Positions 9,663-19,894 of a stretch of 64,000 nt of DNA are shown here, one piece after another. The stretch comes from Spirochaetia bacterium (lineage in GTDB: Bacteria > Spirochaetota > Spirochaetia > SZUA-6 > Bin103). The first letter of the stretch is position 1, and each line of letters begins with the position of its first letter. The stretch covers positions 7,584,001 through 7,648,000 of the forward strand of contig CBDBDQ010000005.1 of assembly GCA_965203905.1 (NCBI GenBank). The letters run 5' to 3'. The notes under the pieces are model-generated. The model did not search any database and had not been told where the DNA came from. It saw only the letters and a program-made list of their open reading frames with translations. A program made the position numbers and the translations under genes.

Positions 9663-10700
9663 TCATCCTACTTCGACTCTGGATCCCTCCGAGCGCAGCG
9701 CAGCTTCGTATACGCGCATCAGATTCAGCGTGAATTCCAGCGTACCTCGCCGCGCCGGCCGAGCCGCCAGGGCACAGTCACAGAAGTAGCGCATCTCGTG
9801 GAAAAAGCCCTGGGTGAACAGTGCCTTGTTCTCCAGCGTGGCCAGGGTATTCTGCGGCTCCCACACCACCGCCCCCGAGTCGATGCCCTCCGGGACGAAA
9901 CTAGTCGTGCGCCCATAGGTGAAGGGTATGCCGCGCCGCACCGTGACCCGGGAACCGTTGTCGATGGTAACGTGCCACCTGCCCCAGAACGAGTAGTGCT
10001 CCAGCGGCGGCGTCGGCCCCGCGATGAGGCTCAAGGCACCTACCGCGCCATTGGCAAACTCCAGCACGCAGCTACCCTGCCGCCACGGCGTCGGGTGCAT
10101 GGCCACCGCCACGACTTCGCCACCCACCGCGAGCATCAGCGCCAGCGGGTGGCAGACCTGGGCGAACGAGTTGGGCAGCCGCGTATCGGCCAGAATCGCC
10201 GCACCATGCTCGGGCAGCCGCTGGCGGTATTCCGCCGCCATACCCTGCAGCGGCCCACCCTCCTCGCCGCCCATGATCTCGATCACCTTGCGCGTGGCCG
10301 GCAGAAACGCCTTCTTCAGCCCCACCACTACGACCCGGTCGCCGCGATGCGCGAGCATGGTCTCGACTTCCGCGGCGCGGAACGCCACCGGCTTCTCCAC
10401 CCACACGTGGAGGCCGGCGTCCAGCGCCTCGCAGACCAGCTCGGGGTGCTGCCGTGGGGACACGCTCAGGAACACGGCATCCAGCTCTTCGTTGCGATAC
10501 ATCTCGGCAGCGTTGCCGTAGCAGGCCTGTACGCGGTACTCGTCGGCGGTGTGCCGGGCCAACTCCAGGTCCCGATCGCAGAGCGCCTTGAGCCGCACCG
10601 GCAAGTAGTGCAGCGCAGGCAGAATGTTGCGATAGCCGTGTGCGCCCACGCCCACCACGGCGACGTTCAGGCGCCGCTCGAACTCACGCTGGTAGCTCAT
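9663..10700 (-). CDS. Gfo/Idh/MocA family oxidoreductase
   Basis: VVGVGAHG Rossmann motif, HVWVEKP. Confidence 0.9.
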   Translation of the reverse strand: MSYQREFERRLNVAVVGVGAHGYRNILPALHYLPVRLKALCDRDLELARHTADEYRVQACYGNAAEMYRNEELDAVFLSVSPRQHPELVCEALDAGLHVWVEKPVAFRAAEVETMLAHRGDRVVVVGLKKAFLPATRKVIEIMGGEEGGPLQGMAAEYRQRLPEHGAAILADTRLPNSFAQVCHPLALMLAVGGEVVAVAMHPTPWRQGSCVLEFANGAVGALSLIAGPTPPLEHYSFWGRWHVTIDNGSRVTVRRGIPFTYGRTTSFVPEGIDSGAVVWEPQNTLATLENKALFTQGFFHEMRYFCDCALAARPARRGTLEFTLNLMRVYEAALRSEGSRVEVG

Positions 10701-10875
10701 CGTCTGGCTGTCTGGATACTGTCACAGAACAGCTCCCGTCGGCGCAACCTGGAGTATTCCACGGCGCACCTTCAACTCCGATTCAACTCCGCCGGCAAGG
10801 TTGACAGACACCAACAGCGTGACATGGTCAAAGGCTGTGTGCGAGCACACAAATCATCCCTTAGGAGCGATTGCC

Positions 10876-12885
10876 ATGAGTAAGGGTCCATGGTTCGTTT
10901 CCGGGCTGCTTCTGGTAGCCGGGGCGGCTGCTTTCGGAGCGGCCGAGGCAGAACCGGCCGCGGCTTCCGTAATGGACGACTACGAGCCCGGTCAAGTCTA
11001 TCATTGGGCAACTCCCGCCGACTATGAGAGGGCTACCGGCAAACCTGTAGGCCCGTTCAAGGAGGCTCCGATGCTCAGTGAACGGGTCGCCGCGGGAGTG
11101 CTTCCACCGGTAGAGGAAAGACTCCCCAAGGAGCCTCTGGTGCTGGGGAAACAGATCGGAACCTATGGCGGCACGCTGTTCATGGCCAGCCCGTGGCGCG
11201 CCAAGACCTATGGCGCAGAGCCCTACAGCCTCTTCGGATTGCGTATTCCCTCCTACGGCTGGGTCTATGAAATGTATCCCAATCTGGCCAAGAGCGCCGT
11301 TGCGACGGAAGGAGGTCGCGTCTGGACCTTACAGCTCCGCGAGGGAACCAGGTGGTCGGACGGCGAACCGTTCAACGCCGACGACATCATATTCTGGTGG
11401 GAAGACGTCTACACCATGGACGAGGCGCCCGCCTTCTACACCCGCGCGCAACAGAATTCGGGCGTCTACAAAGACGTAAGAAGGATCGACGACTACACCG
11501 TGGTGTTCGAGTTCACCACGCCCTCCAACGTCATGTTCTACGTATGGGCAGGGAAAGCCCTTGCGGGATTCGCCGAACACTACTGGAAACAGTTCCATCC
11601 GAGACACGCAGATCAGGAGACCTTGGATGATCTGGTAAAGGAAGGCGGCTTCGAGTCCTGGCTGAAGCTGTTCGCCTACATGACCGATACCGACGGTGCG
11701 CACAATACGGAGCGACCAATCCTGCTGCCATGGGTCCTGGTGCAAGGTGCGGGTGGGTCACGGCGCCACGACAGCGGTCCTCCAGGTGACATCATCATGA
11801 CGCGAAACCCCTACTACTGGGCCGTGGATCCCGCGGGAAATCAGCTTCCCTATATCGATGAGCTGTACCGATTCGGAACTCTGGAGCGGGAAGTCGTCAA
11901 TCTGAAGGCTCTGGCTGGTGAGTTGGACATGGCCATGGTCGATGTGGATACCTACAACCTGGCAAAGGAAAGGGAAGACCAGGGCAAGATACTGGCCATG
12001 AACTACAAGGATACGGTGTTCGTGGCTGCCGGGCTGATGTTCAACATGAATCACCAGGATCCGGTCCTGCGAGAGATATTCTCGGACAAACGCTTTCGAT
12101 TCGCTGCATCTCATGCCATCAACCGGGAACAGATCAATCAGCTCGTATTCTTCGGTACTGCCGAGCCATGGCAGGCGGCGCCATGGGAGGACAGCTCCGA
12201 CTACCATGAGAGACTTGCGCACACGGCACTAGAGTACGATCCGGAGAAGGCGAGCTCACTGCTGGCTGACATGGGACTGCAGCAATCGGCAGACGGCATC
12301 TGGATGCGCCCCGATGGGAAAGAACTGAAGATCAACCTGGTGTCCTACGAGTCACGCGACAACGTCCGAATAGCGGAGCTGATAGCAGATGATCTGAACG
12401 CACTCGGATTGAGTGTCAACCTGAGGATTGTGACGGGCAGTCTGGCCTATCAGCTCATCAAGGGCAACGAGCTGGACGCCTTTATCATGGGCGGCCCGGG
12501 GATGGGTCAGGAAGGACTGATATTTGCCGGACCGTTCGCCGGCGCCGTCGTACCGGCCGATGACTTCAACTCCGCCTGGGCTCCTCTCTGGCAGCAGTGG
12601 TACGAATCACACGGCGAAAAAGGAGAGGAGCCGATTCCCGAGGTAAAGCGGGCAATGGAGCTCTATCGCGCGATCCTGGTTGACGTCGATCCGGTGGCGC
12701 GAAGAGAGAAGTGGATGGAGATCGCGGACATAGCGGCGGACAATCTGTGGAGCATAGGGACCGTCAAGTGGCCAGGTTACTACAAGATATACAGTTCACG
12801 TCTGGGGAACTGGCCGAGACAGCCACTGGCCTGGGATCGTGGCGGCGACAAGGGCCGTCCCGAGATCTATTTTCTCAAGAAGTAA
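10876..12885 (+). CDS. ABC transporter substrate-binding protein, family 5 (copy B, paralog of 7366..9345)
   Basis: AGGAG RBS before ATG 10876; collinear with copy A including AKTYGAEPYSL and DRGGDKGRP. Confidence 0.92.
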   Translation: MSKGPWFVSGLLLVAGAAAFGAAEAEPAAASVMDDYEPGQVYHWATPADYERATGKPVGPFKEAPMLSERVAAGVLPPVEERLPKEPLVLGKQIGTYGGTLFMASPWRAKTYGAEPYSLFGLRIPSYGWVYEMYPNLAKSAVATEGGRVWTLQLREGTRWSDGEPFNADDIIFWWEDVYTMDEAPAFYTRAQQNSGVYKDVRRIDDYTVVFEFTTPSNVMFYVWAGKALAGFAEHYWKQFHPRHADQETLDDLVKEGGFESWLKLFAYMTDTDGAHNTERPILLPWVLVQGAGGSRRHDSGPPGDIIMTRNPYYWAVDPAGNQLPYIDELYRFGTLEREVVNLKALAGELDMAMVDVDTYNLAKEREDQGKILAMNYKDTVFVAAGLMFNMNHQDPVLREIFSDKRFRFAASHAINREQINQLVFFGTAEPWQAAPWEDSSDYHERLAHTALEYDPEKASSLLADMGLQQSADGIWMRPDGKELKINLVSYESRDNVRIAELIADDLNALGLSVNLRIVTGSLAYQLIKGNELDAFIMGGPGMGQEGLIFAGPFAGAVVPADDFNSAWAPLWQQWYESHGEKGEEPIPEVKRAMELYRAILVDVDPVARREKWMEIADIAADNLWSIGTVKWPGYYKIYSSRLGNWPRQPLAWDRGGDKGRPEIYFLKK

Positions 12886-12908
12886 GAGCACCTTGGTAAC
12901 CGTTCAGA

Positions 12909-12931
12909 AGGGGAACAGTTATTGTTCCCCT
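12909..12931. terminator. Hairpin between convergent genes (possible bidirectional terminator)
   Basis: AGGGGAACA-GTTAT-TGTTCCCCT. Confidence 0.55.
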
Positions 12932-12942
12932 CCAGCAGCGGC

Positions 12943-14465
12943 TCAGCCCTTCTGGGGCAGGTATTTTTCGATTCTCGGCGCCGGCTGCTGCACCCGCCCA
13001 TTGGCACCATCGCTGGCGCACAGCATGTGATCCGCGAGAAGTTGCAGCAGCCGTGCCTTGGTCGCGGCGTGAGCCGAGTCGCTCCAGAGGTTGACCTGCT
13101 CGTGCCGATCGCTGTTCCGGTCGTAGAGCTCACCATAAGTGTCACCAGCGTACACCGTGAGCTTCCAGTTGGCCGTGGTAAGGGTGCGCAACCGTAGCGC
13201 CGCCATGTCGTCGTCGTTCTCGGTCAGCGCGGCGTCCCGGAGCCAGGCGCCAGGGTCGTTCAGCCCCGACACCATGGAGAAACCCTGGAGCGCGTCCGGC
13301 TCTGCGATTCCGCTCAGCTCCAACAGGGTCGGCGCGACATCCACCAGAGAGCTGATCTGATCAACGCGGTTGGCCACGGGAATACCGGGCCCGCGCATCA
13401 GCAGCGGTGTGCGCAACACGCAGTCGTAGTGGAGCCCCTTCCCGTGGAGACCATAGTCGCCAAGATAGTCGCCGTGATCGCTGGCAAACACCACGACGGT
13501 ATTGTCAGCCAGACCTGACCGCTGAAGAGATTCGAGCACGCCCCCGATACAGTCATCGAGCAAGGTGATCATACCGGCCGTGATGGCGCGAGCCACACGG
13601 TAATCTTCTTCGGTGTACGTGTGGAACGGGAGCGGCGGCATGCCGAGGATGCGTTCCGCGTACCGGCCCTCCGGACTCCGATAGGCCGATGTCTTCCCCT
13701 CGTACGCTTCCACGCCGGCCGGCGGCGGATCCACACACTCGGAGATGGGGGCAAGCGGCACCGGCATCTCTTCCGGATCGTACATGCTCGCGTACGGTTC
13801 GGGCACCGTGAACGGGTGGTGCGGATCGGGAAAGGAGCAATACAGGAAAAAGGGCGCGCCACGGTCTTTCGCCCGCTGCAGGTATTCTACCGACCGTTCG
13901 GCGATGTAGCGGCTGGGATGGGCCTCCGGTGGGAAAGGCCACCGCAAGCAGGTCGGAATAGCGCAGAGCAGCTCCCGGTGCTTGCGGCGCTGATCGAGGT
14001 CCGGCACCCGCTCGCGCACCCACGGGGTGTAGCCCTGGCCAAGGCGGGTAATCCGCCATTGACCAGATCCACCTGCTGGAAGCCGTAGTAATCATGTGAG
14101 CCATCGGCCCGGCGGGTGGCCTCTACCGCATCAAGTTCAGCTCCTTGCGGGACGAAGTGGACCTTGCCGATGGCCGCGGTGCGATAACCGGCACTTGCCA
14201 GCACGCGTGGCAGCAGCCGAGGGTCGTCCGGGGTCACACAACCAACCATGCGACTGCGCAGCGCCGAAGGGAAGCACCCGCTGAGCAGGCTCGCCCGGCT
14301 GGGCGTGCAGGTTGGCTGCGTCACCATGCACTGAGAGAACCGGGTACCGCTTTCGGCCAGGCGATCCAGGTTTGGCGTCTTGATGACTTCGTTGCCGAAA
14401 CATCCCAGAGCATCGGCGCGCATCTGGTCCACGAGAATCATGAGGATGTTCGGTCGGTCTGGCAT
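12943..14465 (-). pseudogene. Sulfatase split by a frameshift near 14050 (or a sequencing error)
   Basis: N part RPNILMILVDQ..CTPSRASLLSG..GKVH; C part SFPDPHHP..SDHGDYLG in another frame. Confidence 0.8.
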
Positions 14466-14526
14466 GCGATTCGCTCCCAACGACAGGTCTCGACTATAAG
14501 CGCACGCAGGCTCATGTCAAATCGAC

Positions 14527-14540
14527 GTACGTATACGTAC
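14527..14540. promoter_or_regulatory. Perfect 14-bp palindrome between divergent genes (putative operator)
   Basis: GTACGTATACGTAC next to minus-strand TTGACA-16-TATAGT. Confidence 0.5.
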
Positions 14541-14585
14541 TTCCCACGCTTCCCACCCGGCGAGCCGCCGGCGTACGCTGGGGGC

Positions 14586-15557
14586 GTGTCCGAGCACCGG
14601 CTTCCCACCAGCGACGAGATCGACGCGGCGGCGCAGATCGTGTACCGCACCATGCCGCCCACGCCGCAGTACCGCTGGCCGCTGCTGGAGGAGCGGGCCG
14701 GGTGCACGGTGTGGGTGAAGCACGAGAATCACACCCCGATCGGCTCGTTCAAGCTGCGCGGGGCACTGGTTGCGGTCGACCGGCTGCGGCGGGCGCGGCC
14801 GGCGGTGACGGGCATCATTGCCGCCACCCGCGGCAACTACGGGCAGAGCATTGCCTGCGCGGCGCGGGCGGCGGGCCTCTCCGCCACCGTGGTGGTGCCG
14901 CACGGCAACAGCCGCGAGAAGAACGCCGCGATGCGCGCATTCGGCGCCCGGCTGGTGGAGCACGGCAGCGACTTCGACGAGGCCCTGGCCCACGGCAAGC
15001 GCCTCGCCGCGCGCGACGGGCTGCACCTGATGCCGTCGTTCAACCTGGACCTGGTGCCGGGGACGGCGACCTACGCGGCGGAGCTGTTCCGCGCCGTGCC
15101 CGACCTGGATGCGGTATACGTCCCGATCGGCCTCGGCTCGGGGATCTGCGGGGTGCTGGCGGCGCGTGACGCAATGGCGCCGACCTGCACCGTGATCGGG
15201 GTGGTGGCGGAGGCGCTACCGACCTACCAACTGTCGTTCGCCGCCGGAGAGCCGCGGGCTACCGGCGCGGGGGAGACGATCGCGGACGGGCTCGCGGTGC
15301 GCAACCCGGACCCGGTATCGCTGGCACTGATGCTGGACGGGGTGGAACGGGTGGTCGCGGTCTCCGAGGCCGAGTTGCGGGCGGCGATGCGCGCCTACTA
15401 CACCGACACCCACAACGTGGCCGAGGGCGCCGCCGCCGGCCCGCTGGCCGCGCTGTTGAACGAGCGCGAGATGATGCGCGGCCGCCGCGTCGCCCTGGTG
15501 CTCTCCGGCGGCAACATCGACCGCGATTTGTTCGCAGCAGTGCTTACCGGCCCCTGA
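14586..15557 (+). CDS. PLP-dependent threonine/serine dehydratase-family protein
   Basis: KHENHTPIGSFKLRG, ATRGNYG, PIGLGSG, LSGGNID. Confidence 0.88.
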   Translation: MSEHRLPTSDEIDAAAQIVYRTMPPTPQYRWPLLEERAGCTVWVKHENHTPIGSFKLRGALVAVDRLRRARPAVTGIIAATRGNYGQSIACAARAAGLSATVVVPHGNSREKNAAMRAFGARLVEHGSDFDEALAHGKRLAARDGLHLMPSFNLDLVPGTATYAAELFRAVPDLDAVYVPIGLGSGICGVLAARDAMAPTCTVIGVVAEALPTYQLSFAAGEPRATGAGETIADGLAVRNPDPVSLALMLDGVERVVAVSEAELRAAMRAYYTDTHNVAEGAAAGPLAALLNEREMMRGRRVALVLSGGNIDRDLFAAVLTGP

Positions 15558-15596
15558 GCGGCCGCTCCCCCTTCGGTGTGAACGCGCGTACGCGCG

Positions 15597-15857
15597 TCAG
15601 TGTGCGTATGCCGAATCTTCTCGGGACAAGGCAGCGTACTCGTATACCGGGGTCTCAATGGTGCGTACGGGACGGTATCGCTGCCAGACCGCTCGCTGCA
15701 AGCGCTCTACAGTGTCGGGCGAATAAAACCTCTCACCAGTCTCGATGTTGACACGTGCCGGCACGTTCTCGACCAGAACGAGCTTCCCCGCGACCTCAAT
15801 GTGATACGTGACCATTCTCTCCTCCAGTGGCTCGTTCCAGGCATCCTCATCCCGCAT
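15597..15857 (-). CDS. YgiT-type zinc-finger-family antitoxin (Cys-less variant)
   Basis: LVLVENVPARVNIETGERFYSPDTVERLQ..PVYEY. Confidence 0.75.
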   Translation of the reverse strand: MRDEDAWNEPLEERMVTYHIEVAGKLVLVENVPARVNIETGERFYSPDTVERLQRAVWQRYRPVRTIETPVYEYAALSREDSAYAH

Positions 15858-15858
15858 C

Positions 15859-15939
15859 CTATTGTCTCCTCGTTTTGAGATCGATCCACTTCGAGGGATC
15901 GGGTTCGTACACCGTGATCACCTTGAGCAGGGGCCCCAT
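15859..15939 (-). pseudogene. C-terminal remnant of a DUF4258-type toxin
   Basis: Reads MGPLLKVITVYEPDPSKWIDLKTRRQ*, a typical DUF4258 tail, directly upstream of the YgiT-like gene. Confidence 0.65.
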
Positions 15940-15969
15940 TGCGCCGCGCTATGCTGATGGAAACGGTCG

Positions 15970-16674
15970 CTACCTGAGCAGCACGCCGAGGTCGCGGGTG
16001 CCGGCGTCGCAGTACCAGATCTCGTGCCCGTCGCGCACCGTCAGGCCGTGCACCTCGTCCGGCTCGGCGACGCGGAACACGTCGTGGATGCGGCCCGTCT
16101 CCGGGTCCATGGCGTGGACGGTTCCCGCGGAGGTATCCGCCACCCACAGCCGGCCGTCGCGGTTCCAGCCCAGCCCGTGCGGCCGCAGGCCCGGCAGCGG
16201 CAACGCCAAGAGCTGCTCCCAGGTGACGGCGTCCATCACGTGCAGGCGCTGCGTCGGGGGTGCCGCCACGTAGATCCTGCCGCCGCGCCACTCGATGCCG
16301 TGCGAACCCGAGCGCCTGCCGCCGCCGGCGGCCTGCTCGGCCTGCGCCGTGAGGCCGGCCCCGGGATCGGGATAACGGCCCAGCTCCCTTCCCGTACGCG
16401 GATCGATCTTCACCACCTCGAGCTGCCAGGTCGAGGTGATCCACACGTTGCCGTCGCCGTCGACGGTGATGCCGCTGGAGTGCGCGGTGGCGGTCTGGAA
16501 CTCCTGCAGCACCGCGCCGTCCGCCCAGTCCAGCAGGTACACCCGGGAGTCGACCTGGTCGATGCACCAGATCCCCACGTCCGCCGCCTGGATGCCGTTC
16601 GGTTGTGGACCGGGGCTCCTGAACCGCTTTTCGACCGCCGCCGTGTAACGCAGCCCCGGAGAGCCGTTGTTCAT
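15970..16674 (-). CDS. Beta-propeller protein (Vgb / glutaminyl cyclase / SMP-30-like)
   Basis: Repeated PNGI/SGIT/HGIE/PHGL..LWVAD blades; ATGA overlap with the sulfatase stop. Confidence 0.7.
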   Translation of the reverse strand: MNNGSPGLRYTAAVEKRFRSPGPQPNGIQAADVGIWCIDQVDSRVYLLDWADGAVLQEFQTATAHSSGITVDGDGNVWITSTWQLEVVKIDPRTGRELGRYPDPGAGLTAQAEQAAGGGRRSGSHGIEWRGGRIYVAAPPTQRLHVMDAVTWEQLLALPLPGLRPHGLGWNRDGRLWVADTSAGTVHAMDPETGRIHDVFRVAEPDEVHGLTVRDGHEIWYCDAGTRDLGVLLR

Positions 16675-18020
16675 GGAGAACCTCCCGCCTCGGCACGGAG
16701 CCGGTCGCACCTGCGGCGCATCTCGGCGAGCAACTCCGCGTGACGCGGGTCCGCGGCGAGGTTCACCGACTCGTGCGGGTCGGCGCGCAGGTCGTACAGC
16801 TCCTCGTAGACCGGATTCTGCTCGAAGTAGCGCAGGTACTTGGTGTCCTCGGTGCGCATTCCCTCGCTCTTGGGGATGTCGGAGCGCTCGAACAGGTGCT
16901 CGCAGAAGAACTCGGTGCGCCAGTCGGCGGCCGGCTCGTCCTCGAACAGCGGCACCAGGCTGCGTCCCTGCACCGGCTCCGGTATCGGCACCCCGGCCAA
17001 CTCCAGGATGGTGGGGGCCACGTCGAGGTTCAGTACCATCTCCTGGCGCAGCCAGCCGCCGGGATCGCGGCGCGGGTCGCAGATGATCAGCGGTACCCGC
17101 AGCGGCTGCTCGTTCAACTGCCAGCAGTCGCTCAGGCCGCGCTCGCCGTAGTACATGCCGTGATCGGAAGCGAAGATGATGACGGTGTTCTGCGCCAGCG
17201 CGTGGCGCTCCAGGGCGGCGACGATGCGCCCGACGTTGCGGTCCACGCCGCTGACCATGCGGTACAGCCCCTTGAGGTGACGCTGGTAGTGCTCAGCGCT
17301 GTCGAAACGCGTGTGCCAGCGCACCCGGCTCTCCGACTCGCGGATGAAGCGCGGCAGCGCGGCGAAGAACGCCGGATCGGCATTCACCGGCTCGGGGATG
17401 ACCGCATCCTGGTAGAGCCCATCCTCGGACTCCGGCCAGATGTAGTGGCGCGGGTCGCCGTCCTGGGCGTGGGGAGCGTTGAAGCTCACCGACAGGCAGA
17501 ACGGCTGTCGCGCTCCGGCGGCAGCGTGGCGGTCGACGAATGCCACCGCCTTGTCGCCGGTGATGTCGGTGAGATGGCGTATCCCCCCGTCCGGCTGGCG
17601 GATCTCGTACCCTTCTTCGTTCCAGTGCTCGTAGTTGTCGAAGTGATCGAACATCTTCTCCAGGCCGCCGGGATCTTCCAGTGACGGCTCGATGCCGTTG
17701 ACGGCGACTCCGAACTTGCCGATGAAGCCGGTGTGGTAGCCGGCCGCCTTCAGCAGCGCCGGGTAGCTGATGGCGCTGAACTCCCGACGCAACGGCGGAG
17801 TGAGGAAGGTGAACCGGTGGCGGCGCTCGTACAGCCCGGTGAGGTAGCTGGCGCGGCTGGCGGCACAGATCGGGGTGGTGGCGAAGGCGTTGGCGAAGCG
17901 CACCCCGCGGTACCCCAGCAGGTCGAGGTTCGGGGTGTGGATGATGCGGTTGCCGGCGCAGCCCACCAGGTCGGCGCGCTGGTTGTCGGTCAGCAGAAAG
18001 ACGATGTTGGGGCGGCTCAT
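16671..18020 (-). CDS. Sulfatase (Cys-type)
   Basis: RPNIVFLLTD, CAASRASYLTG, GKFG, APH, SDHG, ELYDLRADPHE. Confidence 0.92.
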   Translation of the reverse strand: MSRPNIVFLLTDNQRADLVGCAGNRIIHTPNLDLLGYRGVRFANAFATTPICAASRASYLTGLYERRHRFTFLTPPLRREFSAISYPALLKAAGYHTGFIGKFGVAVNGIEPSLEDPGGLEKMFDHFDNYEHWNEEGYEIRQPDGGIRHLTDITGDKAVAFVDRHAAAGARQPFCLSVSFNAPHAQDGDPRHYIWPESEDGLYQDAVIPEPVNADPAFFAALPRFIRESESRVRWHTRFDSAEHYQRHLKGLYRMVSGVDRNVGRIVAALERHALAQNTVIIFASDHGMYYGERGLSDCWQLNEQPLRVPLIICDPRRDPGGWLRQEMVLNLDVAPTILELAGVPIPEPVQGRSLVPLFEDEPAADWRTEFFCEHLFERSDIPKSEGMRTEDTKYLRYFEQNPVYEELYDLRADPHESVNLAADPRHAELLAEMRRRCDRLRAEAGGSP

Positions 18021-18091
18021 GACAGTTGCTTCAGCGTAGTCCACCGGGCGCCCGCCGTCGAGCCGGCCAGGGCGCCGTCGGCGCCGCGCAG

Positions 18092-18598
18092 CTACTGCGG
18101 CTGCGCTTCGCGCGCGTGCTTGGCGAGGCGCCGGAGGTACGCCGAGTACGCGGCCAACTCGGCGCGCACCTGGGTACGGCAGGCCAGGTACTTGGAACGG
18201 ACCAGCTCCAGCCGATCCCAGTCGTGGTCGAACGCGAAGTAGTAGCGCTTGAAGTGGCGGAAGCGGCGCAGCTCCGAGAGCGCGGCGAGGGTGGCGTCGG
18301 AAATGACCCGTTCGCGGACATCAGGAACGGTCCAGGTCATCGCCCGCAGCAGTTGCTCGTGCCAGCGGGCGTCATCGAGCGCGTTCTCGAAGAACTGGCT
18401 GATGCGCAGAAAGGCGGTCTCCAGACAGGTGTAGAACGACACCAGCACGTCGCTGACGATGATCGCGTTCTCGGTGGACCGGTCGGCGGCCGCCGGCTGC
18501 CGGTGAAACCGGTCGTAGAACCCGTTGATGCGCTCGAGCACCGGCAGCGTGGCATCGAGCTCGGCGGCGAGGGCCGCGATCCGATCAGCGGGCGCCAT
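18092..18598 (-). CDS. HEPN-domain (HepT-like) protein
   Basis: FYTCLETAF..WHEQLL..ELRRFRHFKRYY; overlaps upstream MNT. Confidence 0.8.
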   Translation of the reverse strand: MAPADRIAALAAELDATLPVLERINGFYDRFHRQPAAADRSTENAIIVSDVLVSFYTCLETAFLRISQFFENALDDARWHEQLLRAMTWTVPDVRERVISDATLAALSELRRFRHFKRYYFAFDHDWDRLELVRSKYLACRTQVRAELAAYSAYLRRLAKHAREAQPQ

Positions 18599-18956
18599 GC
18601 ACCAACCGGCCCGCGCTGCGGATCAGGCGTGCGTACTCCGGTTCGATGCGCTCCAACTCCACGATGTGCAGCGGCAGCGCCGTCAAATCCTCGGCGCGCG
18701 CATAGAGCCGGAACAGGCGCTCAGCGGGACCCAGGCCTTCCACCGCGATGTCGATGTCCGAGCGTGAGGAGAAGTGGCGGCGGTGCAGCAGCGAGCCCCA
18801 CTGCCAGACGCGCAGCGGCGCGAACTCGCGCACGATCATCTCCACGATGCGGTCGAAGTCCGCCCACGCGGTCCGAAAGCGTGCGTCCAGCTCGCGCTGC
18901 CGGGCCGCCTCGCGGCGCTGCAGGAAGGCAACCGTGTGTGCCGGATCAACCGTCAT
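18585..18956 (-). CDS. Minimal nucleotidyltransferase (MntA-like antitoxin)
   Basis: WGSLL..SDIDIAVEGL motif. Confidence 0.85.
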   Translation of the reverse strand: MTVDPAHTVAFLQRREAARQRELDARFRTAWADFDRIVEMIVREFAPLRVWQWGSLLHRRHFSSRSDIDIAVEGLGPAERLFRLYARAEDLTALPLHIVELERIEPEYARLIRSAGRLVHGAR

Positions 18957-19072
18957 GTCCAGCATCTCCGGCTGCACAGTATAGCAGCCCGCACCGGCGA
19001 GCGCCGCCGGGTCATCTGCTCGAATCTGCCCAAACTCAACGACGAGCTGACGAGATAGATCAGCGGCTATGC

Positions 19073-19894
19073 CTACCCCTTCAGACCTCCCATGGTGAGG
19101 CCCTCCACGAAGTGGTTCTGAATGAGCAGCACCAGGAAGATGATCGGCGCGGTGATCAGCGTGGCCGCGGCGTAGATGCCGCCAAAGTCGATCTCCTCGT
19201 AGGTCATGAATTCAAAAACGGTGACCGGCAACGTGAACGTGCGCGGTCCTGACAGAATGAGCGCGAACAGAAAGTGGTTCCAGGAGAATATGAACGCGAG
19301 GATGAAGGCGGTGGCGATGCCGGCCCGGGTCAGCGGCAGCGCTACCCGCAGGAAGGTTTGCCACTTGCTGCAGCCATCGATGATGGCGGCCTCCTCGATC
19401 TCGAGCGGCACGTCCTCGAAGAAGCCGATCATGATCCAGATGATCAGGGGCAGCGTGAGAACCACGTGGCTGGCAATGATACCTACGTAGGAGTCGAGGA
19501 TCCCCAGGGTGCGGTATATGATGAACCACGGCACCAGGAAGCTAATGCCGGGGATCATGCGCACCATGAGGATCACGAATCCAAGCTTGTGTCGTCCGAA
19601 GCGTCCGATTGCATGTGCCGCCGGCAGTCCCAATAGCATGCCGGCGAGCACCGCTGAGGTGGCCAGAACAAGGCTGTTGAACGTGCGGAACAGGAACGCG
19701 GTTTGCACGAACACGTTCCGGTAGTTGGAAAGCGTCGGCGGGTAGAGCCAGTCCGGCGGCATGCGCTGCAATATGACTCCCGGCTTGAGGGAGCCGAAGA
19801 TCATCCAGAAGAACGGGAACACGAAGCCCAGGAGCACCGCCATGAGGGTGACGTAGAACAGCGTTCGACTGATGAGGGTCCTGGCGCTGTTCAT
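19073..19894 (-). CDS. Carbohydrate ABC transporter permease (MalG-like)
   Basis: EIEEAAIIDGCS EAA loop, FIFSWN, FVEGLTMGGLKG end; ATGA overlap. Confidence 0.92.
   Translation of the reverse strand: MNSARTLISRTLFYVTLMAVLLGFVFPFFWMIFGSLKPGVILQRMPPDWLYPPTLSNYRNVFVQTAFLFRTFNSLVLATSAVLAGMLLGLPAAHAIGRFGRHKLGFVILMVRMIPGISFLVPWFIIYRTLGILDSYVGIIASHVVLTLPLIIWIMIGFFEDVPLEIEEAAIIDGCSKWQTFLRVALPLTRAGIATAFILAFIFSWNHFLFALILSGPRTFTLPVTVFEFMTYEEIDFGGIYAAATLITAPIIFLVLLIQNHFVEGLTMGGLKG

Noticed and set aside
7366-12885. Site-specific invertible switch between the inverted SBP genes
   Set aside because: No recombinase nearby and the DNA copies are substantially diverged
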